From Vicugna vicugna (Eukaryota): a DNA stretch of 64,000 bases. Position numbers and translations under genes: made by a program. The stretch lies in the NCBI GenBank assembly GCA_013265495.1, contig MU058213.1:7332066-7396065 (forward strand). Reading direction: 5' to 3'. Positions 22,171 through 34,890 of this stretch are shown piece after piece. The notes under the pieces were generated by a model. It saw only the letters and a list, made by a program, of their open reading frames with translations, searched no databases and was not told the origin of the DNA. The stretch's first letter is position 1; each line of letters opens with the position of its first letter.

Positions 22171-25100
22171 CGTACGCGTGGTCCGGAGTCTGGGGAATTT
22201 TGATGGGAGCTGCTCATCAAAACTCTTAAATAATGCAAGGCAACGGCAATCCATCCGATCTTCCACTCTGAGGACCCAGAGCAAAGAACAGACGCAGGTT
22301 TTATCAAAGCAGCCTCTAATCTTTCTAGCACATCTGCAATGTCCATCTCACCAGGGACGACCTTCTGTGTGAACTTTGGGAGCGATGTGCTCTTTAGTTT
22401 TGTCTGGGCTGCAGTTTAATTCAGCAGGAAGCAGGGCCGTGGCTGGGAACCACAGCACAAAGAAAATCACGGTAAGGAGGTGAAAAAATGCAGGACTGAT
22501 CGACCACAAGTGAGATGAAATAAGTGACTGTTAGATTTTTATGAGACCAGCAGAATAAAAATATATAATATATATATATATATGATAGGTTATCACTTTT
22601 AAGGCTCATTTCCCATTGATGCTATTAAGCAGGCAATGATAGAAACCAGCACAATTGAGCAACTGCACCCAGATCAGAGAGAAAGAGAGAGTGAGAGAGA
22701 AAATCAAAGGCTCAGAGAGGCTCTTGAAGACTATGTCTCATCCAGGGCAATCATCTGAATAAAAACTTTCAATTTCACTCAAATACAATGCAGATAAATT
22801 GCGCTGTGGAGATATAATATACAGACTTAAAAATTATTCTGTTTTCATGCAGATCATTGTCCATAACACCTGTGGATTGAGAGTGGTTTGGTTCGTGTAA
22901 GGTACAAAATCTTCAGATGATCAAAAGTAAAGGATGCATTCATAGTAAAGCTAAGAAACCATGTCATCCAAAGTTTATGGGCCAGTGGTTTTTCCTGTGC
23001 TAACTATTAACCTAATTTTGGACAAAAGGAAGGGGGAGGAGGTCCTCCTTAGTAGGGATAAGTCAAAGGGAGTTTGCAAACGGGGAAATGAAAACATCTC
23101 TTCCAACTTGAGTATCTTCCACTGTGTCAGATTGGTTATGACTACACAGGCGGTGGGGGATGGAGAATTCTTTCCTCTTGAGTGGGTTCAATCTTTCAGA
23201 TCTCAGAGATCCCCAAGAGAGTCCCTGGAACGGAAGTGGCTGGAGCCTTGCTCTGATTTCTTCTGTCTATTACCTTTGGCTGTTCACACCATACCCCGCC
23301 AGGTGTCCTGCACTGACTCGGCGTGAGAACTGGGCACAGATGGAAAGAAAAAGGGGTTCAATTCTCCACAGCTTTAACCCTCCCCCAGAGAGTCAGTGTT
23401 TGTACGCTACTGGATTCCTATCAAGATGAAAATATGTTTTTTTGTTCCATTATTCCATTCTACATATTGCTTTTCTTTGTCCTGGTAGAAAACAAAACCA
23501 CCATCCGTCTCCATCTCAAACAGTCTTCAGCTTGGTAAAGAGAAAGAAGGATGAAGCCTTCCCTGCATGATGGGTCTAGCGTCGTCTGAGCACCTAGTAG
23601 GTGCTCAGTAAATCCCAGCCGGCAGGCAGGGCTCGTTCCCTCCGACAGCTGGCCAGCGACGCAAGCTGCTTTGGGAAACCTGACGAAGAGACCCGCCTTT
23701 CTGGCAGAGCCATCCTCACTCTTTCATCACTGCACTCAAAGATATTACTGATGTTGGTCCTCTGGTTTTGCTGCTTTTTTCCTCTGACTGGACTAACTGA
23801 GTCTACTCTGCTCACTAGCTGTCACTTCAGAATCCTGTCACGCAGCGGAAGGCCAAAGGACATTTTCCCCTAAGTCCTTTTAACTTCCTGGCATTCCGTT
23901 TTTCAACCCCACATTAAAGGTGCTAATGTTTCATCCTAGTCCTACCAGCCAATGGGTGGCCTCAAGTTAGACTAGGCAGGGCTTCTATCTGCTCTTTCCC
24001 GGTTGGGCACAGGGAGAAGGAACCCAGAAAAATGTTTCCTCAAGCTCATTTTGTAATTTTCCTTTGGACGCTATCGCTGAAGTTCTGAGATCACTTACTA
24101 AGAAACAGACGCATTTGAAACTAACATACAACAGATGTCAACCTAGGGCCACTGTTGGCCAGCAAGACCTATTTCGTGCAAGTTCTCAAAAAAAATTTTT
24201 TTTTCTTTTTTGCTGGCCTTTTTCCCCCGGCTCTGCTCTCGCCCAATCCTCAATCATCTTATAATCCATGAAAGCTGGTGTACCAATTCTGTTTCTTTTC
24301 CAAGACAAGACCTGCCAACTTGAAAAACAAAAATGAACCTCCCCTAACGTTGGCGTGTTTCTCCAAGCCTCAGCTAACCCCGGGCAGAAACTGGTGGATG
24401 TGTGCCCAGTTGAAGCCTGAGGTGAGAGTCATAATTTTTACCTGCTTTAGTGAACAATCTCCTGGTATATTCTTGAATTCTCATCCTTGGTATACTTCGC
24501 GCCCACGCATTAGCAAACCCAGCAGATGACTGGCATTCTCTGCCCTGTGACAGAGCAAGTCACCTGTCCTGAGAAGCTGAGATCCGAGACACCACTGCTC
24601 CCACAAGAATCTCTCTGTGTCTCTCTGATTTACCCTGTTCCCCCTGGTGAAGTATTTTCTGCAAACATGAAATTAGTTTATATTTTAAGGGCTTTGGAAT
24701 GACTAATTTTGACTAAGTTAAACAGGGCAGAGTAGTGACTCCCCAGTGACTCGATCTGTGATTCTTGGGAAGAGTTGCATGGACATATTTTATTTTTGTT
24801 CAGGGTGACCTCACCAATCATTATGCAAAAATGCCGTTTCTTCGTTTTTTTTCCTCCTTAAAACAAAATCACTGCAATTTTCTAGGCATATCCTAGTGAA
24901 GAAAACTCTAATTGCATTTTACTTATCTTTCAGGCCGCTGTTTAGGAATTATTATTTTTTTAAAGACCTCTATTTAAAAATGAAAAGTGTAGGTGAAGGA
25001 GATTATATCTTTCCAAAGTCAGTAAAACAAATGTATTGCATAAGACATTTCAATTCAATTAAGAGAAACAGGTCAGATGCTAAAATATTAGTAAAATCAA

Positions 25101-25324
25101 TTATGAGTAATAGGTCTCCTGTTAACATGTTTCGCTACAACTGCCTCTCACAATTTTTGAATAAATTTACATTTGTTTCAGATTCTCTATGTGCCCGTAA
25201 TATATGTGTGTGTCACTGGCTGTAAAACCTTGTCGATTTTCTTTCCTTGGTTATGTTTGCTCTGGTGTGCTTTGGAAATAACACATGGACTAATAGTTTT
25301 TTAGTGAAGGTTTTTTCTAAGAGG

Positions 25325-25535
25325 AGAGGCAGTCAGGTGGCAAGTTGAAAAGAGCATTGAATCTTGTCCTGTCACCTGTCAGCCGGGCAGGGAGCATCAT
25401 CCTTTGGAACCTTGGTTCCCTCATCTGTAAATGAGAGTAAGAGGACCTTCCCCTCAGGGTTGCGGTGAGATTTAAATACAACAACTCACTGTAACGTGCC
25501 CACCAGGGTGCCAGGTACATGGTGCTCGATGAATG
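25325..25535 (+). mobile_element. MIR
   Basis: CCTTGGTTCCCTCATCTGTAAATGAG...CCTCAGGGTTGCGGTGAGATTTAAAT...TGCCAGGTACATGGTGCTCGAT. Confidence 0.7.
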
Positions 25536-26539
25536 TCTCTTTCTGATCTTTGAAAATCTGCAGAATCATTAACATGTAAGAGAGGATATTCATCATAACA
25601 TTTCAAATTTGATGTCTGGTTTTTGTGTTAGGATCGGGGTTACCAAACTCACCTGGAAAGAGGGCATCAAAGAGAGGAAAGTTCTCCCTTTATCCTTATG
25701 TTTAGTAAAGGAGCATCCTCAAATCTCCTGTAGATAACTCACGGAAAGGCAGTACAAGGAGGCAAAAAGATTTGCTGCTGCAACCTCAGTCAGCCTTTCC
25801 TTCAGACAAACTGGTGAGGTCTGATACGGGGAAATTACGAGGAGAAAAAGAATGCCACACTGAATCTATACTATAATTACAAAAACATAAAACCGACATA
25901 TACATATGACAAAAGATGAAAAAGGAAAACTGGAAATATTTTTGATAGATCAGTGAAAAAAATGGGTACATTTTTTTTCCTCCATAGTATCCTTTCTCAT
26001 TCTTATTCTGAGGTTAGACACTTAGGCGGAAAACAGGGAAGCCTGTGATTGGAGATTCGTCCGTTTAGGTTGATGGGCTACCTAGCCAAGAGGTAAACAT
26101 CTCAGAAATGGAACTTAAACACAGTTTGGCTTCATGGAATACTTTCCTCCTAATAGCATAGAGGGCATGTGAGCGTTGATGGAGTTGATGAGGCACTGAC
26201 GGAGGTAGAGGAAGAAAATTATAGAGGATGGCCATCTATTGAGGGGAGCAGCCCTGGAGCAAGTGGGCTCGAAATAGGAGCTCCAGTGGGTGGAGATGGT
26301 GGAAGAAACAGAAGTGAGAAAGTTATAGAGGTAAGGCAAGTAGTGCTGGGAGGAATGTTAAGGGTCTTATCGTCTGGGGTGTGTGAGTATATGTTTTGAA
26401 GAAGAGAGGCACTGATGAGCTCCATACCTCTTGAGAAAGCTCCAAGGAAAGTATTCAAGAATTTAGAATTTGGCTTACTGAAACTCTGGCTTTAAACACA
26501 TTGCCTCTGCCTTTGGCTCCGCGAACCTTGGGAGGAGGC

Positions 26540-26788
26540 GGGGCAGCGTGGCACAGAAGGAAGGCCAAGGGCTTCAGGGCTTGACAGAAGCTTCCAGGTC
26601 CAAGCCCACCTCTGCCACTCACTAGCTGCATGGGCTGGGCGAGTTGCTTAACATCTGAAACTCAGCTCCCTCAACTAATATTCATAGCTGTACTTAACAG
26701 TCATAGTTACCGCAGGGTTTAAATGAGATGACACACACAGATACTTAAATGCATATAAAATGCCAAGAACATAGTAAGCTCTCAAATT
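26540..26788 (+). mobile_element. MIR abutting the alpha3-exon donor
   Basis: CTCTGCCACTCACTAGCTG...GAGTTGCTTAAC...GGGTTTAAATGAGATGA...ACATAGTAAGCTCTCAA. Confidence 0.7.
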
Positions 26789-26794
26789 CCATAC

Positions 26795-26941
26795 CTATTC
26801 TTCTCACAGGGATCAGAAAAAATAGGAACTCCCGTCTTGAGAGAATAAGAAAATGGATCAAGTTGAGGCTGTGGCTCCACCCAGGTTTATATGCACAAGG
26901 TGGGACCAGGAGAGTTTGCTCAGGGAGCCACAGTTTAACAG
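26795..26941 (-). pseudogene. RORA: Non-coding orthologue of the human RORalpha3-specific exon
   Basis: Acceptor CTCTTTTCACCGGCAG| (AG 26943-26942) and donor TAG|GTATGG (GT 26794-26793). Encodes CGSLSKLSWSHLVHINLGGATA and REFLFFLIPVRR versus recalled human CSSLSRLFWSQLEHINWDGATA and REFFSFLLPALRK, but with stop codons and indels. Confidence 0.8.
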
Positions 26942-27914
26942 CTGCCGGTGAAAAGAGGGCCCCTGTTCTGTTCCCTAGAATGTGGTGGTGGATTAGCTGC
27001 CATGATCCACAGTCGAAAGTCCTAATGCTCTTCCGTGTTTCTTCATCTTAGGGCTGGAGCCCTTGGCTGAGCTGATCGCTCTGATTCCTGCATTCGGAAT
27101 CTTGTAATGCCCCACGCTTGGGGTCAGGGGACACAGATAAAGGGGGTCGGGGTGGCTTCTGTTCTCTACTGAGCCCTGAGACAGACCATTTCTGAGACCT
27201 GAAAGTTTGCCTATCTCATCTGGGAGGCTGGTAATACAAAAGAATAACACCCTAGCCTGTATCTCTAACCCGCATTTTGTGACATGTGTAAAATGAGAAA
27301 GGGAGGAAAGATTCCCCCCAAAGTCTCATGAGACGAGGGCTCCAAGGACTTCCTGGGAGCGGGCAGGTAGCTCTGTACAGGGGGCTCCATCAGCAGCCGG
27401 GGAAGAGAAGGCTGACACCCGGATGTGACTTGTCCCGGCAAAACCCAGGGCACCAGTGCCTGGTGGGCAGGGGGAGAAGGTGGGTGCACCAGAGCCCGTG
27501 TCTGGGGGAGCTGCTCCTTCCAGTCCAGCTCATATGGAAACTGTTTATGTTTTCTGTTTGCCAAAAAAGCCTTTGTGCGTTGCTGAACCTGTCTGTCCTG
27601 AACTCCTAACAACAAACACATGGCAACCAGTTCTCCAGATGACAAGTCCCTTGGTTAACGAGCAGAGAATGACTGATGAGGCCCTGCTGCTGTGAAAACC
27701 CTTAGCTGCCTGGAGTCTCGCGGACCGAGGGGTGCGAGGGCTGCTTTAGAAGGGAGTCTGTTTTCTCATTCTCCAGCCTATTCCTTCCCACGTGGGCAAC
27801 CTGGAAGCATTATGGTATGGCTAGATCCCTTCTGGAAGGGCTGCAACTGTTTCACTCCTAAAGTGCTGCTGCTCCAGGGGAAGCAAAGGCAACTCCATTC
27901 GACTCGTAAGACTC

Positions 27915-28032
27915 AATATGAAAAGAAGAAGGAAACGAGTATGTGTATATACATGCACGCCTGGGACATTGTGCTGTACACCAGAAACGGACACACTGTA
28001 ACTGACTAGGCTTCAATTGAAAAAAAAAAAAA
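27915..28032 (+). mobile_element. L1 3' terminus with A-tail
   Basis: GGGACATTGTGCTGTACACCAGAAACGGACACACTGTAACTGAC...TTCAATTG followed by poly-A. Confidence 0.8.
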
Positions 28033-30359
28033 CCCACAGAGATAACACAGAAAAACTCAATGAGGAGTATTAGAAAATACATAAAATTTTGTACATATTG
28101 ACATACCTACACACATAAAACACGTCAGACCCTGTTTAATGTATGGGTACATACACACACACACTCATGTATTTGTGGTTTGGGTATCAACAAGAGTGAG
28201 GTAAACTGGAGAACAGGTGAATCCACAGTGTTAAACAATTAAATACAAGTGTTGATCAAACTCCGTCAGGGTGTGTGTTTCTCCAGGGTGGTGCAATGAT
28301 GTGTCTCCAGCGCGTACGAGACAGACGCCAGCACACGCACCAGCTCTCTCCTCTCTCACCTTGTTGTCTATTACAATCTGTCTCCCACGCTTGCCAGGTA
28401 CCCTCCCAGTTGCACAGGGGCTGTCGCTGGTTGGCGACGATTGAGAAATTTCGACTGCTGTTTGTTGTTTTACCGGTATCTGCTGTTAACTAAAAGTTAG
28501 AAAAGATCCCGTGTAGTCCTTAGAAAGGTTCAGAAAGAAATCAAGAGTCTGGAAGAGCAGCGAAGGAGTGGGCAGAGGAAGTCTCAAGGAATTCCAGTGG
28601 TCGCCGGGTTTGAGAGATTCTGATCTTGGAACCAAAACAGACCCCAAACATGTCAGAACTCCGGTCTAGGAAAAGAGCTTGGAAAAAGGAAGCTGGTCAG
28701 GTAGAGATAAACTGATTTTTCCCTGAATAAGCTTGTGCTTTGCACAAATAAAAACAACCACACCTCCATTCTCTGGCTGGGGCAGATCGGGATCAGCCCA
28801 ACTAGCTCAAGCGTTTGCTGAATCCATGGCAAGGCTGTAGGCAACCCCTGGTTCTCAGCCCAGGGCCAGACACACCTCTGGAGCAGTCTCCCAAGAAAAC
28901 AACTTAAAGAAGATTTGCTGGAAATGCTCTTACTCGGACAGACAAGCCTCATCTATATAAAGACAATGCATTTTAGGGAAGACTTCTACAATACAGAAAT
29001 GCTTCTAAACCAAAACCCCAAACCACCAGCAGCTCCATGATCTTTCCTTTTTATCTTAGCATAATTGACCAAAGGCAGGGCTATAGACATTCTTTCCTGG
29101 TGAGCCCATTAGGACAGGGACTGTCTGCCTGGGCTCCACATGAGTTTCTCGGAGCCCACTGCGGTACTAGGCACACAGGAGGCGCCGTTTTTGTTGCTCA
29201 TAATTGCTGAAGCACTCAATCAATCATGCAGGGTTGGGTTTCCAGTGGGTCCCCAATAAGAGCTTGTGCATTAATTGAAGCAAAAACAATTATACCTGGT
29301 GCCAATTAAATTTGGGGCCTCTATTTTTACCTCAGAAACATAGGAGCAAAACGTTAACTCTGTACGAAGTCTTGAAGGGCGGCAAGATCTGAGGTAGCAA
29401 CTCAGCAAGAGGCCGAACAGTGACACTGAGAAGCCCTGTCAGAGAGCACCCCGTGCACAGGCTCTCTCAGAGGGACTGTCAGGACAGCGGTCATGGGCCA
29501 ATTTCAATGCTTGTTACAGTTTCACAAAACAGTGCATGATGAGTGCTATTAATCAGGAAAAAAGAATAAAGCTACACACACACGTCTCTAAATGTACACC
29601 TGTGCTTCTTTAACACTCAGTCTTCATTAAGTCTTCAAAGCTGGTGACGGGAAGATATGCCTCATGGAAGGCAGAAAGCCTGGCTCCCTCTGGTCCTTGA
29701 CAAGAGTTGCTAAGCCCAACCCGGGATGGGGATGTTTCAGAGGGAGGGTCACTGTGTTAGGGACTGGGGTGGCTCTGTGTGTACGGGGGAAAGACAGGCA
29801 GCTGGGAATGAGAGATGCTTGGAAAGGGTGCTGTGGCCTTTAAAGTGATGATGGCAAGTCAAACTCTGCTTCTTAAAATGATCATGCCATAGAGAAGTGA
29901 CGGGGGTTTGCATCTGAGGGCAATTTATAATATCAGATAGGGACAGGACAATTACAGGTCACAGATAAACTGTTAAACATTCTTCTATTACTGCCTATTT
30001 TTCTTTTCTTGCCCATTTAACACTTAGCTTGGCTGGATTTTCCCCTTTGTGTTCCTGGAGGTAAGGCAGACAACTGGGGACTCCAAGAATGCGATGGCAA
30101 CACCACACTCAGGAAAAGTGATGGAGCAACGCATGGGTATCAGGGCTCAAGCCTCTCCCAACTCTGACCGAGAACAAGAGATGACCTCTGCTATCTTCCT
30201 CACTTTGCTGAACCTCACTTACCCACACTGCACCCCTGCAAAACACTCAGAGTACATCTGCACACAGAACATTTACATACGGACATTTACATACACTTCT
30301 TGAAGTATATCCTGTGTGTGTACTCCAGGCACCTGGCACCCAAAAGTGCCCCCAAAATA

Positions 30360-30664
30360 CAGTTGTCCCTAAGCACCCATGGGGAATTGGTTCGAGGACC
30401 CCCATCAGAGGACACTCAAGTCCCTGATACAATATGGCATAGTATTTGCATATAACCCAGGCACATCCTGTCGGACACTTTAGACCATCTCTAGATTTCT
30501 TATAATACCTAATACAATGTAAGTGCTATATAAATAGTTGCTGGGTCCAAGGCAAGTTCAAGTTTTCCTTTCTGGAATGTTCTGGAATTTTCCCCCCAAA
30601 TATTTTCAATCCGTGGTGGGTTGAATCTATGGATACGGAAATTGCAGATCAGGAGGGCTGACTG
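30360..30664 (+). mobile_element. MER2/MER2B (TcMar-Tigger MITE)
   Basis: TA|CAGTTGTCCCT...AGGGCTGACTG|TA gives imperfect TIRs with a TA duplication. Internal GGCATAGTATTTGCATATAACC and CTTATAATACCTAATACAATGTAA. Confidence 0.85.
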
Positions 30665-32454
30665 TATGTCAAATATCTACTGGCTGGGTTAAATCATGCT
30701 GTGTTTGATATTCCCAAGCTTTAACTCACTATAAATTATGTGGACACATCTTTTCCCCATGTATCTATTGTCCATAAAGGAGCTTTATGAAAGTCAGGAT
30801 ATATAGGTAACACGTTCCTTGCACTTTGGTGACAAAAATAAGAATAATTTACTTTCTCGTTTCAGAAGAACTGAGTCATCTTTCCTATGAATTTAATTTT
30901 TTAAACACAATTGCCCCTCACTACCCCCTGGAATAGCTCCAAATACCACTTTCCCAAATGTACGTATATGATAGAGGAATGGACAATTTCTTTGAATTTT
31001 TTCCTGTCTTGCCATTTCCCCAAATCTTGCTAATCTGCTGGGTCTGAAGCTCGTGCAATATATTTTTTCATCTTTCCCAACACCTCCTGCTGACACACGC
31101 CCAAAGGCGCTCAGCTTAAGAAGGGAGTGGTCTTCAAAAACATAAAGTAGGTGTTCCCTGCTCAAATGAAAACTTGACAGATATTCTCACAGGTAATACT
31201 GGAACCTTTCCCTTAATAGCTGTACAAAGGTTAAAACTTGTTCCTAGCAAACGAGTTTACACTGATGTATCCTACATGGATTGTCCCTTCCTGTGGTTCA
31301 CTCAGCTCTAATTGCAATCATGTCGGACATAAGCTGCTTACCGTAATGTTTCATAATGAAGAGTGCACTCTCTACAAATTCAATACACAGTAATGGCTTC
31401 TCTGATTTAGAGCATGATTATGGTAATAGAAACCACTACAAAAATTGACACATCTTCTTCAGTAGATCATCTTTCTTTGGAGACAAAGGCAAGTTCTGAT
31501 TCCTCCGATTACTGAGGATCGCATTTAGTTTCAGGCCATGTCGGCAGCTTCTTTTGGTCAATTTTGGTGTAAAATATCTTGGGGCGACAAGTACGGCCAC
31601 CCGTATCACACATGATGTAGTGTGATGACTCCTTTTGGGTGCATTCATGATTAGTGGGTCTGAAAAGTATGTTTTTGCTTTGTGTGCTGAAAAGTTTAGA
31701 TCTTACTGCATGAGAATATCATAACGTAGAAGGGAACTGAGAAACTCACAATCCTGGACCCTCAAACACATTAACTGCTTTCCTCCTTCATTGGTCTCAT
31801 AGCACTGAAATCTGCCTGCATGTTCGCTGGAGCTCTGCTCTCCCCCAATTCTTTGCTGTATCATCACCTCGTCATACGAATTGTGATGGACTGTAGCACA
31901 AGGGTCAGCCGTCTTGGACACTTCACTGGGGCCTGGGAGCTGGCAGGACAGCCAAACTACCCAAGATATGAGGGCTTTATGATTTTCAGATGGAGAACCA
32001 CTGACATCGTTTGAGACACTTTCTGCAGATGGTACATGGCGTCTTTGTCTGTAGGTTCAGGCCTCAAAACCCAGGAAGCCATTGTCTACACACGGGTGAT
32101 CTTTTCAGCTCCATTTATGCCAAGCTGATTGGATTTTCCAAGAGTTCCATCCACTTCCTCTAAGGCCTTTCCCAACCATTCCTGCCCATTGCAGGACCCT
32201 CAGCTTCCTTTCAGCTCCTGATACTTCCATGGTCAGCATCTCTATCTTCCTCTGTTGTTAGAGGGTAGATATTTCACCTCCCTAACCAAACTCTGCTGTC
32301 TCCCTTAGACCCCTCTGGAGCACACAGAAGTATTAATGCATATTTATAGGTTGGTCCAAATAACTGGTGATGAGATCATGGTCAAACGGAAAAGTGGGTA
32401 AGTGAAAATAACGCAGAAAATGTGAAAGAGAAAACTGCATCATAGTATTAAGGA

Positions 32455-32630
32455 AGGGCAGAAACCCAGTCCCACCCTCTTGTGTTATTTAACCTCTGTG
32501 TGCCCCTAAAACTGAAGCATATCAGCACCGACTTCACAGGCTGTCCTGAGGCTTAAATGAATTCGCATTAGCAAAGCATTTAGAAAAAGTGCCAGGCCTG
32601 CAGCAAATGCCACACAGGTATTTGTTAAAT
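32455..32630 (+). mobile_element. MIR remnant
   Basis: GTTATTTAACCTCTGTGTGCC...CTTCACAGGCTGTCCTGAGGCTTAAATGA...AAAGCATTTAGAA. Confidence 0.6.
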
Positions 32631-32869
32631 GAAAATAAAAATTAAGCATCATCACGATGCCAAAATCTACCGCTCAACAGTGCCGCTCAATACAGGTTGA
32701 ACTCAACCCCCTCGTTTCTGTTTGGAGACATCTGAGCCATCAGGGACTCGGGGTGGAGCAGGCTGCCAGGACCAGTGGGCTGGCTGGTGACAGTGCCGTC
32801 AGGAAGCAGCAGCTCTTGGGAACACAGCGAGCTCCACGCTCCAGCTGCAGGGCCCTTGAAGTTCCCAGG

Positions 32870-33145
32870 TTCGGCCACAAACTCCGTTCCGCGGGAGAAA
32901 CTCCCTGGACGGGGACATGTGGCTTTCCGGGTTAGCCCAGGGAGGAGCCGTTGCCGGGCACCCTGGCGCCCCCGGTGGCGGCCGCCGCGGGGAGGGGGAC
33001 GGCGCGGAAAGTTACTGCGTGTTAACGTGGCAGGCGCGGCGGAAAGCGCGGAGCTCGCGGCTGCCAAGCGCTGAAGTCTCGGCTGCGCTTCTTACGCCCA
33101 CAGGCACGGCTCTTCTGGGACTCCAGTCGATACACGTCCCCGGCA
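32870..33145. promoter_or_regulatory. Small intronic CpG-rich element (candidate enhancer or alternative promoter)
   Basis: Local CpG-dense patch (GGCGGCCGCCGCGG, GGCGCGGCGG, GCGCGGAGCTCGCGG) in a CpG-depleted intron, not within a recognisable repeat. Confidence 0.55.
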
Positions 33146-33784
33146 CATAACTGTCTTCTTTTCAGCACTTACTGTATTTTGGAGCAGAAGGAGGAGAAAA
33201 AAGTTTGAGGGAGTGGCAGCCAGGCAGGAGCCAAGATCCCATGCAGGCTCTTTAATGCTCGCCCTGAGATGTTCCTAAGACGAAGGTATAATTTCACCCG
33301 CTGTAATGTGGACAGCTGAACGTTCATCTACTAGATTTAAAGAAATAACCTAATCCTTTATCAAGTTCAGCTCACCGGAGGCTTCGATTTCTCTACGTGC
33401 TCATTCATTTTTTTAAACAAACATTTTCCAGGCACCAATTACGATAATCTGTCAGTTACCCAAGTGGGCCCTGGGAGGCCGGAGAAGCTGACAATCCAGC
33501 GTGCACACAGGCAGTATCAGTTGCAGGTAGCTCTGTGTTACGAAGGGCTATCACCGTGGTTGCACAGAGGGCTGCCCAGCAGAGAAAGTATTTCTGCCAG
33601 CGGGGCGAGAAGCCACACAGGCTTGCAGGGGAGTCTTGTTTGAGCCGGGCTTTGAAGAATGACTCCAGCGAGAAGGTCACCAGGTGAGCAAGTGGCCTAA
33701 TTAGGCTGTGATGTACATTCATCCTCTGTGTCTCACACCTGCTCTTCCAGGTGAGCTTTAAAAATACAAAAACAGATTGTGGGT

Positions 33785-34145
33785 TGGAGAAGAGTGTTGT
33801 ATCAACACTACATTCCCTGCTTTTGATCCTTGTATTGTGGTCATGGAAGAGAAAGAGCATGTTTCCAGGAAATCCACTCTGAGAATGAGTAAAGAGGAAT
33901 ATGCACCCCCCTATATATACATACAACATACGTATATGCACATATATGCATACACATATATGATGGGAGGCGGGAGAATGAGAATGAGAAAACAAATAGA
34001 CAAAATGTTACAACTGGTGAATCCGGATAAAGGGCACATGGTGACTCCAGATAAAGGGCACACAGTGAATCTGGATAAACGGCTTTTGTGCTATACTTGC
34101 AAATTTCTATATATTTGAACTTACAGCAACACAAAATGTTAAAAA
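33785..34145 (+). mobile_element. L1MC-type 3' UTR fragment
   Basis: GTGTTGTATCAA...TTTTGATCCTTGTATTGTGGTCATG...CAAAATGTTACAACTGGTGAATC...TACTTGCAAATTTCT. Confidence 0.6.
34016..34083. repeat. 24-bp tandem repeat, ~2.8 copies
   Basis: GGTGAATCCGGATAAAGGGCACAT / GGTGACTCCAGATAAAGGGCACAC / AGTGAATCTGGATAAACGGC. Confidence 0.9.
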
Positions 34146-34679
34146 AAATTTTTAAGTACCAAAAATACTAAATTCATTAAAAAAGAACCCCAGAATGACA
34201 ATGCCTTTTATTACCATCTTTCTGAAAAGCACCAGCAATAATCAGAACACGGTTTGTTCAGACAGAAACGCTACCCACGTGGGCCCTGAGGACTCAGAGG
34301 ACGCAGCATCTTCTGTGGTCCCTTCTTCCCCGTCCTGCTCTTTGAAAAAAAATTGTTTTAAATTGAAGTATAGCTGAGGTACAATATCCTCACCCTGTTC
34401 TTTCTCCCTAAAACCTTGAGATTTGTAGGGAGAGAGGGTCAGGAGAGCAAGGAAGCCCACAGCAGGCGTGGTCTGCGGAGGGCTTGGAAGGAAAGGGGCT
34501 AAAAGATTCTGCTTAACCCTCTGCGGTGGAAGGACCCACCCCCAGGAACCAAGAGAAAGTAGTGCCACCAGGAGTGGGCAGTCAGCTTAGCAAGGGTCTG
34601 GGATCTATCCAACAAGTCTGTTGTACTTGCTTTTAACACGTTTTACAAAGCAGAAAGCAAGATTTAATAATGACAGCAG

Positions 34680-34890
34680 CAGCTAGCACTCACCAGGTGC
34701 AGACTGTATCCTAGGCACTTTGCTAACTACTGAGCATGGATCTCTCACCAATTCCCCATCACAGCTCCATGAGGTGGGTACTATCAATGTACCCATTTTA
34801 CAGATAGGGGAACTAAGGCCCAGCTAGTCTGGTTGACTAGGGTTACAGGACATAAGCACAAGGAGTGTGGTTCCAGTGCTCTTGCCCACT
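34680..34890 (-). mobile_element. MIR
   Basis: CCTAGGCACTTTGCTAA...CCATGAGGTGGGTACTATCAATGTACCCATTTTACAGATAGGGGAACTAAGGCCCAG. Confidence 0.75.

Noticed and set aside
32962..32982. CTCF-like motif (CGCCACCGGGGGCGCC, minus strand)
   Set aside because: The 5' half is out of register with the CCASYAGRKGGCRS consensus.
34016..34083. Possible CRISPR-like repeat array
   Set aside because: Head-to-tail tandem copies without spacers, in a mammalian L1 remnant.
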